Assembly: GCA_964397195.1 (NCBI GenBank) | Contig: CAYNGY010000003.1 | Location: 5,836 to 69,835 of the forward strand | Reading direction: 5' to 3' | DNA length: 64,000 nucleotides | Source: an uncultured Gammaproteobacteria bacterium | GTDB taxonomy: Bacteria > Patescibacteriota > Patescibacteriia > SBBC01 > CAIJZX01 | Shown: piece after piece, positions 40,192-49,174 of the stretch | Numbering within the stretch: the first letter of the stretch is position 1 | Layout of the letters: each line of letters opens with the position of its first letter | Notes under the pieces: generated by a model | What the model was told of the DNA's origin: nothing | The model's database searches: none | What the model saw: the letters and a program-made list of their open reading frames with translations, nothing else | Program-made: the position numbers and the translations under genes

Positions 40192-41367
40192 ATGAACTTT
40201 TCTTCACGACTCATTGTCGTCATCCTGTTAGTAACGATGATCCCGATCGGAGCATTTGGTATTCTCGGTGGTCAATCAACGCGTTCGGCACTGCGGAAAT
40301 TCGTTTTTGATCGGGTGGTCGCGGTGAACGCAGTCAAGTTGAATTTGTTGGAGAATTACGTTAGCGACGTTAAGACGGCTATGTCAGGCTACCAATCGAG
40401 TGCAACTATCCTCCAGCAGGCGGCTGTCTTGGTTGATAACCAGACGAAATTGCGCAGTTCCGTTGCGCTGGCCGCAACGAATGCCCTGCAGGCGGCATTT
40501 CGAGAAAACCGTATCAAATACGATTTTGACGATGTGAAGATTCTGAATAATGACCACAAAATACTCTACGTGAGTAACGAAAAGTATCAGGCGGAGGTCG
40601 GGACGGTTGCAACTGGCGTTTTGAGGGATGTCACACAGGCTTCCGAAGCAAGCGCCAGTTTCTCGAAAGCCATGGCGGATGTCGGCGGCGGCGCCTTTTC
40701 GGAAATGTACTATGCCTCGCCGATGCATGATGCGGACGGTCAGTATCTCGGTCAGATTGTCTTTGAGCTTGATTTAGAAGATTTGTTCGATCGGGTGGCC
40801 GATATTACGGGGATGAGTGAGACGGGTGAGTCGTATCTTGGGTTTCACGACGGATACTCGGCGGTCGTCCTGTCGCCGTTAAAGTACGACCAGAATGCGT
40901 CGCTAAAAAAACGGGTTACGTTCGGTGATGAGCAGGAGAAGGCGCTACAGCTTGCAGTCCAAGGCCAACGTGGTAAAGCGCAGTTGACCGACTATCGCGG
41001 GGTGGAAGTGTTGGCAGCGTGGGAGCCGTTTAACGAGCTTGGCTGGGGCTTGGTGACCAAGATTGACTATACGGAGGCGTTGAGTCCACTGCAGCGAGTC
41101 CGGACGATATTACTGTATGCGATACCGATTGCCTTGGTGTTGATGGTGATTTGTATTGTTTGGATCGTCCAAATATTTTTGGGCCGACCGTTGAACCACT
41201 TAACCAAAGTGGCTGAACAAATCTCTAATGGCCATCCGGACATTCAGGTTGAGCAAAAAATGCTCTACAGTCAGGATGAATTTGGTCATTTAGCGACGTA
41301 CCTCCATCACATCGCTCACCGGATGCGGTACGAACAGCAAGGACGCAAGGACCGTCCCGCCGAGTAG
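40192..41367 (+). CDS. Cache + HAMP membrane sensor without an output domain
   Basis: TM, GMSETGESYL, DYRGVEVLAAW, WGLVTKID, TM, RPLNHL..DEFGHLA HAMP, then stop. Confidence 0.85.
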   Translation: MNFSSRLIVVILLVTMIPIGAFGILGGQSTRSALRKFVFDRVVAVNAVKLNLLENYVSDVKTAMSGYQSSATILQQAAVLVDNQTKLRSSVALAATNALQAAFRENRIKYDFDDVKILNNDHKILYVSNEKYQAEVGTVATGVLRDVTQASEASASFSKAMADVGGGAFSEMYYASPMHDADGQYLGQIVFELDLEDLFDRVADITGMSETGESYLGFHDGYSAVVLSPLKYDQNASLKKRVTFGDEQEKALQLAVQGQRGKAQLTDYRGVEVLAAWEPFNELGWGLVTKIDYTEALSPLQRVRTILLYAIPIALVLMVICIVWIVQIFLGRPLNHLTKVAEQISNGHPDIQVEQKMLYSQDEFGHLATYLHHIAHRMRYEQQGRKDRPAE

Positions 41368-41460
41368 GGGAAGGTCTTGACGGTCCTCCAGAAACATGGT
41401 TCTCTGGGAACGGTTTTGCGATAGCACATTCGGTCGTGGCTCCTGACGACGGAGGGTCTC

Positions 41461-41922
41461 GTGTTTCGACGTCTAGCTGTGTTCTCGGTCGCGTGCGTTG
41501 CGCTCACCGTGTTGTGCGGTTCGACGCGTCTGCGCCCGATTCGGAATGATGAGCGCGCGAAGTCGATGGAATGTCCGGTTCCGTGCGTCAACTTTCGCAT
41601 GCCGGGCACACCAGACGGGTTAGTCCGAATCTGGTTCGGCCCCAATCCGACCTATGGCGACACGCTCTATCACCACTACACGGTCGAGGTGACCGGACTC
41701 GAGATGTCGGCCCCGCAATCGGCTCGGCTGCAGCGCTATCTCGCACGTGACGGATTCCCGACCGAACGTGATATGCCGGTGGTTCCGTACCTCGAGGGCG
41801 AGCGGTTCCGTGAGCGGCGGGGTGCTCACAAGGAGTACGCGGTCAGTCGTCGGAACGTCCGTGGTATCTGGTATGGGTACTTGGCTGGGCGCTGGGTAGC
41901 CGACTCGTTGATCGTACCGTAG
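41461..41922 (+). CDS. Hypothetical secreted protein
   Basis: GGAGG SD before GTG, hydrophobic N-terminus, TTGACG upstream at 41378. Confidence 0.55.
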   Translation: MFRRLAVFSVACVALTVLCGSTRLRPIRNDERAKSMECPVPCVNFRMPGTPDGLVRIWFGPNPTYGDTLYHHYTVEVTGLEMSAPQSARLQRYLARDGFPTERDMPVVPYLEGERFRERRGAHKEYAVSRRNVRGIWYGYLAGRWVADSLIVP

Positions 41923-41931
41923 GAGGTGGAC

Positions 41932-42027
41932 ATGAACCCGTTGCTCGTTCTGGGCGTGATGGCACTCCTCGCGCTGGTCTGGGGCGTGGCACTCTTCGTC
42001 CAGATTACCCGTCGGATCGGTGGGTAA
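41932..42027 (+). CDS. 31-aa single-TM peptide (MNPLLVLGVMALLALVWGVALFVQITRRIGG)
   Basis: Strong AGGAGGT SD, hydrophobic helix with RR tail, followed by a terminator. Below the ORF-track size cutoff. Confidence 0.6.
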   Translation: MNPLLVLGVMALLALVWGVALFVQITRRIGG

Positions 42028-42043
42028 TCGATGTACATGAACA

Positions 42044-42079
42044 TGGCTAGCGACCCCGGTGGGTCGCTAGCCACTCTTT
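42044..42079 (+). terminator. Strong hairpin terminator
   Basis: TGGCTAGCGACCC-CGGT-GGGTCGCTAGCCA followed by CTCTTT. Confidence 0.75.
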
Positions 42080-42096
42080 ATATACCTTGATGTGCC

Positions 42097-42124
42097 TTCG
42101 ATTTTTCTTCGGCTATGGTATACT
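42097..42124 (+). promoter_or_regulatory. Putative LexA box and extended -10 of the helicase gene
   Basis: TTCGA TTTTTC TTCGG followed by TG-G-TATACT. Confidence 0.65.
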
Positions 42125-42133
42125 GCTCCGCGT

Positions 42134-44269
42134 ATGGCTACCCCGTATGTCTTAAAATCGTCGTTTGATCCGGGAGCGCTTCGGGTAGACTACGATCATG
42201 AGTTAAATGCCGAGCAACTGGCCGTGGTCAAGGGTGGCGACGGTCCCTGTCTGGTGCTGGCTGGAGCCGGTTCTGGAAAGACCCGGACCATTGTCTATCG
42301 AGTGGCGTATTTGATCGAGCACGGGGTCTCGCCAGACCACATCTTGCTTGTGACCTTCACGAATAAAGCGGCCAAGGAAATGCTGGGTCGGGTTGAGTCG
42401 CTCCTCGGCTCGTTCCCCGCGAAGCTTTGGGGCGGGACGTTCCATCATATCGCGAATGTCTTGATGCGGAAGTATGCCCGGCTCGTCGGATTTGAACCGA
42501 ACTTCACTATTCTCGACGAGGATGACAGCCGTGACCTCGTCGGCGCCTGTCTCAAATCATTGCGCATCGATACCAAGCAAATGCGCTTCCCGTCGGTCGG
42601 CGTTATTCGCGGATTGATCTCGCTTTCCCAAAATACCGGGATTGATCTGGCGACGGTCATAGCCGAGACGAAGCCGGAATTTTCGCGCGTCCAGGATCAG
42701 CTCGTGACGGTGGCGCGAGCCTATGATGATCGGAAGCGACGAGCGAATGCCATGGATTTTGATGACTTACTCGTCCGCCTTCGTGATCTCCTTCGTGACC
42801 ATCCGGAGGTTTGCGAGCGACTCGGTCAGCAGTTCAAATATATTCTTGTCGATGAGTACCAGGATACGAATCATCTCCAGGCCGATATCGTGCAGCGTTT
42901 AGCACAAGCGCATAAGAATATCATCGTGGTCGGCGATGACGCGCAGTCGATCTACGCGTTTCGCGGCGCTGACATTCAGAATATTCTGAATTTCCCGAAG
43001 CTTTTTTCGAAAACAAAACTCTTCAAACTGCAGGTCAATTATCGTTCGACGCAACCGATTCTCGATGTGGCGAATGAGGTCATCAAGCACAACGTCGAGC
43101 AGTTTCCGAAGCGTCTCGAACATGTTCGAGCGGGGAGTACACGGCCGATCATGATTCCGGCCGCTTCCGACGAACAAGAGGCGGAGTTTGTTGCCCAACG
43201 TATCCTCGAACTTCGCGATGATGGTGTGCCACTCCGCGACATGGCTGTCCTATTTCGTGCCGCCTTCCATTCCCAAGCGCTCGAATTCGAGCTGACGCGA
43301 CGCGACATTCCGTATGAGTACCGCGGCGGGTTGCGTTTTTTTGACCGGGCGCATATTAAAGATGCGCTCGCGTTTCTCAAAGTGGTTGGTAATCCGCGCG
43401 ACGAAGTTTCGTTCCTTCGTATTCTTCGTCAGCAGGTAGGGATCGGCGATCAAACGGCAGATCAACTGTTCACGATGGTCCAAGACGGACTTGGTGTTGG
43501 TGACGAGCGACATCCGCTCGAAGCGGTTTTTGAAACGGTAACACCGCCGACCCGCGCTGAGCGCGGCTGGAAGACGCTCCGCGGCATGCTCGAAACGCTC
43601 GTGTCTCAGCGTGATCATGGCCCGGAGGCGCTGATCAAAACTATTCTTGAAAGCGACTATCGCGATTACGTTAAGAATCAGTATCAAGATGCGAACGATC
43701 GGCTGGCTGATTTGGACCAGCTGGCCTTGTTTGCCGGGAAGTATGATTCACTCTCAACGTTCCTTTCGGAAGTAACACTTCAGGAAAGTTTTGGCGTGGC
43801 CGACGCGCAGACGCCAAGCGAAACCCGTGAGCAAATCGTTTTGTCGACCGTTCACCAAGCCAAGGGATTGGAGTGGCGGGCGGTGTTTATCATCCATCTG
43901 TCCGATGCATCATTCCCGCACCCGCGGGCGCTGACGGAAGAGGGTGGACTCGAAGAGGAGCGTCGTTTGTTCTACGTCGCCGTAACTCGAGCCCAAGAGT
44001 TCCTGTACTTGTCATACGGCATGGCCAGTGGCTATCGCACAACAGCGATGCAGTTAAACTCGCCGTCGCCGTTCCTCAAGGAGATTCCGACTCAGCTTCT
44101 AGAGACGTATGAACTGAGTGAAGAAATTGCGAGTGCGGAAGAGACCTTCGAGGACCCAGACCGAATCATTGATCTTGATGACGATGGAAAGCCAAAAAGT
44201 CTCCTGGACCGCGTGATTCATTCGCACGTGCAAAAGCGAGAACGACGCAGTGCGTGGAAAAAGAAATAG
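42134..44269 (+). CDS. UvrD/PcrA-family SF1 helicase
   Basis: AGAGSGKT, TFTNKAA, VDEYQDTN, VGDDAQSIY.FRGA, NYRS, STVHQAKGLEW, EERRLFYVAVTRA. Confidence 0.95.
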   Translation: MATPYVLKSSFDPGALRVDYDHELNAEQLAVVKGGDGPCLVLAGAGSGKTRTIVYRVAYLIEHGVSPDHILLVTFTNKAAKEMLGRVESLLGSFPAKLWGGTFHHIANVLMRKYARLVGFEPNFTILDEDDSRDLVGACLKSLRIDTKQMRFPSVGVIRGLISLSQNTGIDLATVIAETKPEFSRVQDQLVTVARAYDDRKRRANAMDFDDLLVRLRDLLRDHPEVCERLGQQFKYILVDEYQDTNHLQADIVQRLAQAHKNIIVVGDDAQSIYAFRGADIQNILNFPKLFSKTKLFKLQVNYRSTQPILDVANEVIKHNVEQFPKRLEHVRAGSTRPIMIPAASDEQEAEFVAQRILELRDDGVPLRDMAVLFRAAFHSQALEFELTRRDIPYEYRGGLRFFDRAHIKDALAFLKVVGNPRDEVSFLRILRQQVGIGDQTADQLFTMVQDGLGVGDERHPLEAVFETVTPPTRAERGWKTLRGMLETLVSQRDHGPEALIKTILESDYRDYVKNQYQDANDRLADLDQLALFAGKYDSLSTFLSEVTLQESFGVADAQTPSETREQIVLSTVHQAKGLEWRAVFIIHLSDASFPHPRALTEEGGLEEERRLFYVAVTRAQEFLYLSYGMASGYRTTAMQLNSPSPFLKEIPTQLLETYELSEEIASAEETFEDPDRIIDLDDDGKPKSLLDRVIHSHVQKRERRSAWKKK

Positions 44270-44273
44270 GTAT

Positions 44274-44825
44274 ATGAAACGCGTCGATCGTACCACCTCC
44301 TCGCCCCTCCTTCGTACAGGAGGGGACGGTGCGAAGTATCGCGGCCAAGCCGCGATACAAAAAACTGACGGTCGACAGCTGAGTAATTATATCCTCGTCC
44401 ACAACATCCGCTCTGCCTACAACGTCGGTTCGTTTTTCCGTACGGCTGATGGTGTCGGACATTGTCGACTGATGATATCCGGTTACTCGGCTCGCCCGCC
44501 ACACAAAGGGGTCGTGAAAACTGCACTGGGAGCTGAGCTCGTGGTGCCGTGGGAATCCATTCGTCAGGCGGGTCCGTGGCTCCGGCGGATGAAAAAGGCA
44601 GGGTATGAGATTCTGGCGCTTGAACAGTCGCCAACGAGCGTTGACCTTTTTTCCTATCGACCGCGAAAGCCGTGGATCCTGATTCTCGGGAACGAGCTCC
44701 GTGGGGTGACCCCGGCCATGCTTCGGTTGGCCGAGGTGACGCTTGAGATCCCAATGCGCGGCCAAAAGGAGTCGTTGAATGTCGCCAGTGCGATGGCAAT
44801 TGCCGCGTACCACCTCAGTCGATAA
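44274..44825 (+). CDS. TrmH/SpoU family RNA methyltransferase
   Basis: NIRSAYNVGSFFRTAD, LGNELRG, IPMRGQKESLNVA. Confidence 0.92.
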   Translation: MKRVDRTTSSPLLRTGGDGAKYRGQAAIQKTDGRQLSNYILVHNIRSAYNVGSFFRTADGVGHCRLMISGYSARPPHKGVVKTALGAELVVPWESIRQAGPWLRRMKKAGYEILALEQSPTSVDLFSYRPRKPWILILGNELRGVTPAMLRLAEVTLEIPMRGQKESLNVASAMAIAAYHLSR

Positions 44826-44933
44826 TGTAATCACTGGACACCTGATTGGGTAGGTGGTTGACACGTTGCGGACGATTGCTATGCTGGGTCGGATCACCGA
44901 TCGGTGTGGTTGAAATATTCCCTGGAGGCTCGC

Positions 44934-45506
44934 ATGCAATTCCTGACGGTGGCATGGTGGGCCCGGAAAGGGTTTCACCTCTTGTTGGCCGGTCTGGTCG
45001 CGGCCCTGTTCTTGGCAGCGAGCGCGACATCGCGTCCGTGGCCGATCATCGTCCTTTTCTGTTTCGGACTGATCTTGGTGGCGGTTGACCTCGGTCGACC
45101 GTGGATCCGCTGGCGGCTCATGCGCCAGGTGTTTGCGCGAGAGCGGCACCATCGTGTCGGGTGCCTGACCTATGGCGTGGCCGGCGGAGTGGTGTCTTGG
45201 CTCATTGCCGGACCTGCTGTGGCGGCGCTGGCGATGATCTTGCTCGCCATTGTTGACGGCGCTGCGGCCATTTTCGGTCGGAGTGTTGGTGTCACTCCGT
45301 TACCGGGGCGCCCCGACAAAACATGGGAAGGGAGTGTCGGTGGTTTCGTTGCTGGGTTACTCGTGATGTATGTCTGGCCCGGTGCGCAGCCGTCCACTGT
45401 CCTCGTCGTGCTGGCGGTTAGTGTCGCCGAGGCCCTCTCGGACGGCTTGCATGACAACTTCACTGCGCCGATGGCGGCCGCGATGGTGGCCACCTTGCTC
45501 CGTTAA
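44934..45506 (+). CDS. Polyprenol/diacylglycerol kinase-like membrane protein (CTP_transf_1-like)
   Basis: RKGFH, DGAAAIFGR, KTWEGS, DNF motifs. GGAGG SD before ATG 44934. Confidence 0.8.
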   Translation: MQFLTVAWWARKGFHLLLAGLVAALFLAASATSRPWPIIVLFCFGLILVAVDLGRPWIRWRLMRQVFARERHHRVGCLTYGVAGGVVSWLIAGPAVAALAMILLAIVDGAAAIFGRSVGVTPLPGRPDKTWEGSVGGFVAGLLVMYVWPGAQPSTVLVVLAVSVAEALSDGLHDNFTAPMAAAMVATLLR

Positions 45507-45544
45507 GTGCGACGGACCAGCCCATGTCGTCCACCTATCCCGAT

Positions 45545-45566
45545 GAGGCCCCCTGGGGCCTCTTTT
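45545..45566 (+). terminator. Intrinsic terminator
   Basis: GAGGCCC(C)..GGGGCCTC followed by TTTT. Confidence 0.7.
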
Positions 45567-45623
45567 GACTTTCACTCCTGAAAATGGCCCAGTTATCCAC
45601 TGTGTTCCTCGGGGAACATTGTG

Positions 45624-45690
45624 TTGACGCTTGGCCAAGAATGGAGTAAAATGGTGTTACAGGGTGAAAAGTGGATAAAAGTGGGGATAA
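45624..45690 (+). promoter_or_regulatory. dcw promoter with five 10-bp-spaced MraZ-binding repeats
   Basis: TTGACG-N17-TAAAAT. Repeats ATGGAG, ATGGTG, AGGGTG, GTGGAT, GTGGGG at 45641, 45651, 45661, 45671, 45681. Confidence 0.85.
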
Positions 45691-45724
45691 CCCACGTCCC
45701 GTACCCATCAGTAACATTCCCAAC

Positions 45725-46156
45725 GTGTTCATCGGCGAATACCACCATGCAATCGACGACAAAGGGCGGATGCAAATTCCGGTCAAGTTTCGCGTTGATC
45801 TGTCGAAGGGAGCAGTAGTCACTCGGGGCCTTGATAATTGTCTTTTCATCTACACCAAAAAAGAATGGACTATCTTGGCTGAAAAGTTAGCGCGGTTACC
45901 AATTGCCCAGGCCAACAGTCGGGCCTTTAGTCGGTTGATGCTGGCGGGAGCGATGGAACTCGAACTCGATAAACAGGGCCGTGCCGTGCTCCCGGAATAT
46001 CTTCGCCAGTTCGCGGGTATAAAAAAGATGGCGGTTATTGCCGGGCTCTACAATCGACTTGAACTTTGGGACAAGGACTCTTGGGAGAAGTACCGGAGTG
46101 GGACTGAACGGCAAAGCGGGGATATCGCCGAAGCCCTCGCCGCGCTCGGCGTCTAG
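45725..46156 (+). CDS. mraZ: Transcriptional regulator MraZ
   Basis: GTG start, FIGEYHHAIDDKGR and LDKQGR repeats. Confidence 0.96.
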   Translation: MFIGEYHHAIDDKGRMQIPVKFRVDLSKGAVVTRGLDNCLFIYTKKEWTILAEKLARLPIAQANSRAFSRLMLAGAMELELDKQGRAVLPEYLRQFAGIKKMAVIAGLYNRLELWDKDSWEKYRSGTERQSGDIAEALAALGV

Positions 46157-46166
46157 CTTCCTTCGC

Positions 46167-47042
46167 ATGCCGGGCCACACGCCGGTTCTTCTCTCAGAGG
46201 TTCTCAGCTCTTTCCAACTTACCCCTGGACAGGTCGTGATCGACGCGACGGTCGGTGGTGGGGGACATGCGCGTGCCATGCTTGCGCGGATTGTTCCCGG
46301 CGGTCGTCTCCTTGGCCTTGAAGCGGATCCGCGAACCTACGCCGCGACCGCATCTGAACTTCGTGATGACCCGGTGACCATGGTGCACGGAAATTTCCGT
46401 CATCTGGGCGCACTGGCTCGTGATCACGGCTATACCGACGTTGACGCCGTTCTCTTCGACCTCGGTGTGTCCTCGATGACCGTTGATGATCCGGCGCGTG
46501 GGTTTTCTTTCATGCATCCCGGCCCGCTCGATATGCGTTTCGATCCGGACTCACAGTCGTTCACTGCGGCTGACCTCGTCAATGCCGCGACGATCGGTGA
46601 TCTGACGACTATTTTCCGTTCATACGGCGAAGAGCCGGCCGCGTCCCGCGTCGCCGCCGCGATCGTTGAGCGACGACGACACGATCGGTTTTCCGACACA
46701 GCCGATCTTGCCGACGTTGTAGCCTCGGTCGTACGGCGGCGTGGGCCGCGACACCCAGCGACCAAAGTCTTTCAGGCGATTCGCATGGCGGTCAACGATG
46801 AGCTCGGTGCCATCCAAGCAGCGTTGCCGGAGGCGTTAGCGCTCCTGCGATCGGGTGGACGACTGGCGGTGATTACTTTTCACTCCGTTGAAGATCGGGC
46901 GGTGAAACGAATCATGAAACTGATGGCCGAACAGGGGCAGGGGAGCCTCGTGAACAAAAAGGCTCTGCAACCGACTCGGGCTGAACAACTCGCAAATCGA
47001 CGCGCTCGCAGCGCAAAACTCCGCATTATTCAAAAAAAATAA
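46167..47042 (+). CDS. rsmH: 16S rRNA m4C1402 methyltransferase
   Basis: HTPVLLSEV, DATVGGGGH, FDLGVSS, GPLDMR, FQAIR.AVN.EL, RARSAKLR. Confidence 0.96.
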   Translation: MPGHTPVLLSEVLSSFQLTPGQVVIDATVGGGGHARAMLARIVPGGRLLGLEADPRTYAATASELRDDPVTMVHGNFRHLGALARDHGYTDVDAVLFDLGVSSMTVDDPARGFSFMHPGPLDMRFDPDSQSFTAADLVNAATIGDLTTIFRSYGEEPAASRVAAAIVERRRHDRFSDTADLADVVASVVRRRGPRHPATKVFQAIRMAVNDELGAIQAALPEALALLRSGGRLAVITFHSVEDRAVKRIMKLMAEQGQGSLVNKKALQPTRAEQLANRRARSAKLRIIQKK

Positions 47043-47065
47043 ATCAAACAAAAAACGATCTCCCT

Positions 47066-47416
47066 ATGACGACTCGACGTACAGCCAACCCACTCCAAAC
47101 CACCGGACACTGGTGGCACACGCTAAAGATTTCCTCGCAGAAGTTTGCGGTCATGTTAACGATTTCCGCGTTCGTGACCGGTTTCGGCTACGTGGTGGTG
47201 ACGAACCGCACGGCGGCACACGGTTTTGAGCTTGGCGCGCTTGAGCAGCATGTAGCCGAGCTAAAAGCTTCGAACGAAAAACTCCAACTCCAAGCGGCCG
47301 ATCTTCGGGCGCTGTCGGTGGCCGATGCGGCCGGGAAGGCGCTTGACCTTCAGCCGGCGGATTCATTTGATGTCTTACCGACAACCACGGGTTCGGTCGC
47401 GATTCGCAACCCATAA
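47066..47416 (+). CDS. ftsL: FtsL-like cell division protein
   Basis: Position between rsmH and the PBP gene; one TM followed by a coiled coil. Confidence 0.65.
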   Translation: MTTRRTANPLQTTGHWWHTLKISSQKFAVMLTISAFVTGFGYVVVTNRTAAHGFELGALEQHVAELKASNEKLQLQAADLRALSVADAAGKALDLQPADSFDVLPTTTGSVAIRNP

Positions 47417-47428
47417 TCATTTCTCGAC

Positions 47429-49174
47429 ATGAGCTGGCGGCGCACGCAGTCTTCGCGGTCCGGTTTTGACCGTTTACGCTGGGTGCAGCTGACGATTGGT
47501 GCCTTCGCCATCATCCTGATTGCTCGAGTCGGTTTTTTGCAAATTGCCCGTGGCGGCTATTATCGGCTCGTGGCCGATGACCAACATCAGCTCAACGATC
47601 AACTCGAACCGACGCGCGGGGAGATTCTTGTTCATGACCGCTCGTCATCGTCCGGAACGTATCCGCTGGCGGCGAATAAAACGCTCCACTTACTGTACGC
47701 TCTGCCGAAACGAATTACTAATCCGGCCGAAGTGGCCATGAAAATTAAACCATTTGTCACACTGGATGATGAGACATTATTGGCGCGGTTGTCGAAACCG
47801 AACGACCTATATGAGCCGCTGGCGCATGGACTGACCGACGCACAGCAAGCGGAGATTGTAGCACTGAAGATCGACGGCCTCGACTTTATTGACGAAACCG
47901 AGCGCTACTATCCGGAAAAGAATATCGGATCGCACATCCTCGGGTTCGTCGGATTTGCCGATGATAAAAAAGTTGGACGGTACGGCATTGAAGGTTCATG
48001 GGAAAAGGAACTGGCCGGACAACGTGGGTCGATTCAGGCGGAAAAAGACGCGGCCGGACGGATTATTGTTTCCGCCGCCCAAGTCTGGCAACCGGCGATC
48101 GACGGCGCAGACGTCCTTCTAACCATTGACCGTTCGATTCAGTACGAGGCCTGCCGCCAGCTTGATGACGCCGTCCAGAAACATGGAGCTGATGGCGGGA
48201 GCGTCGTCATTCTCAACCCAAAAACCGGGGCGGTCTTGGCCATGTGCGGTGCCCCTGATTACGATCCGAATGCATTCCGTGACGTCACCGACATAAAGCG
48301 TTTTTTGAACCCGGTTACCCAATCAACCTATGAACCGGGCTCGGTGTTCAAGGCTTTGACGATGGCCGCGGCCGTGAATGAAAACAAAGTCACGGCGGAT
48401 ACGACCTATACCGATACCGGTGAAGTGAAAGTAGGGAGTTTTACCATTCGTAACTCGGATGATAAAGCTAACGGTGTGCAGACGATGACCCAAGTATTGG
48501 AAAAGTCATTGAATACCGGGGCGATCTACGCTATGCAGCAAATCGGTGCGAAGCGATTCGACGAGTACGTCCAGTCGTTTGGTTTTGGGACGTTGACTGA
48601 TGTTGGGGTGACCGAGGCAAACGGGAATATCAAGGCGCTGGCGACCGGAAAAGATATCTACGCCATGACCGGCTCATTCGGCCAAGGGTTAACGGTTACG
48701 CCGTTGCAATTAGCTGTGGCGTATGCGGCATTAGCGAACGGTGGCCTAGTGATGAAACCATATCTGGTTGAAGAGATTCGCCATCAAGATGGCACCGTTG
48801 ATACAACCAAGCCGGTCGAAGTGCGACGAGTGATTACTCAAAAGACGGCGGCGACTATTGCTGCGATGCTTGTCAACGTGGTCAAAAATGGTCATGGCCA
48901 GAAAGCCGGGGTACCGGGATACTTTGTAGCCGGAAAAACGGGGACGGCGCAAGTACCTGATCCAAATGGGAAAGGGTATCTCGAAAACGTGACGATCGGG
49001 ACATTCGCCGGTTTCGCCCCAGTTGAAGATCCAAAGTTCACGATGGTCGTGAAGATTGATCATCCGCGTGACGTGCAGTTCGCCGAATCATCGGCCGCAC
49101 CGCTGTTTGGGTCACTCGCCAAGTTCCTCCTGTCGTACTACCACATTGAACCGGCTGACACCACAACGAAATGA
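47429..49174 (+). CDS. ftsI: Class B penicillin-binding protein (FtsI-like)
   Basis: RGEI, RYYP, GIE, EPGSVFK (SxxK), SLN (SxN), KTGT. Confidence 0.9.
   Translation: MSWRRTQSSRSGFDRLRWVQLTIGAFAIILIARVGFLQIARGGYYRLVADDQHQLNDQLEPTRGEILVHDRSSSSGTYPLAANKTLHLLYALPKRITNPAEVAMKIKPFVTLDDETLLARLSKPNDLYEPLAHGLTDAQQAEIVALKIDGLDFIDETERYYPEKNIGSHILGFVGFADDKKVGRYGIEGSWEKELAGQRGSIQAEKDAAGRIIVSAAQVWQPAIDGADVLLTIDRSIQYEACRQLDDAVQKHGADGGSVVILNPKTGAVLAMCGAPDYDPNAFRDVTDIKRFLNPVTQSTYEPGSVFKALTMAAAVNENKVTADTTYTDTGEVKVGSFTIRNSDDKANGVQTMTQVLEKSLNTGAIYAMQQIGAKRFDEYVQSFGFGTLTDVGVTEANGNIKALATGKDIYAMTGSFGQGLTVTPLQLAVAYAALANGGLVMKPYLVEEIRHQDGTVDTTKPVEVRRVITQKTAATIAAMLVNVVKNGHGQKAGVPGYFVAGKTGTAQVPDPNGKGYLENVTIGTFAGFAPVEDPKFTMVVKIDHPRDVQFAESSAAPLFGSLAKFLLSYYHIEPADTTTK

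Noticed and set aside
44166-45152. 328-aa minus-strand ORF
   Set aside because: Shadow of the well-supported plus-strand TrmH and kinase genes; no recognisable motifs.
45593-45690. Replication origin
   Set aside because: Only one imperfect DnaA box is present. The 10-bp-period repeats fit the known MraZ operator.
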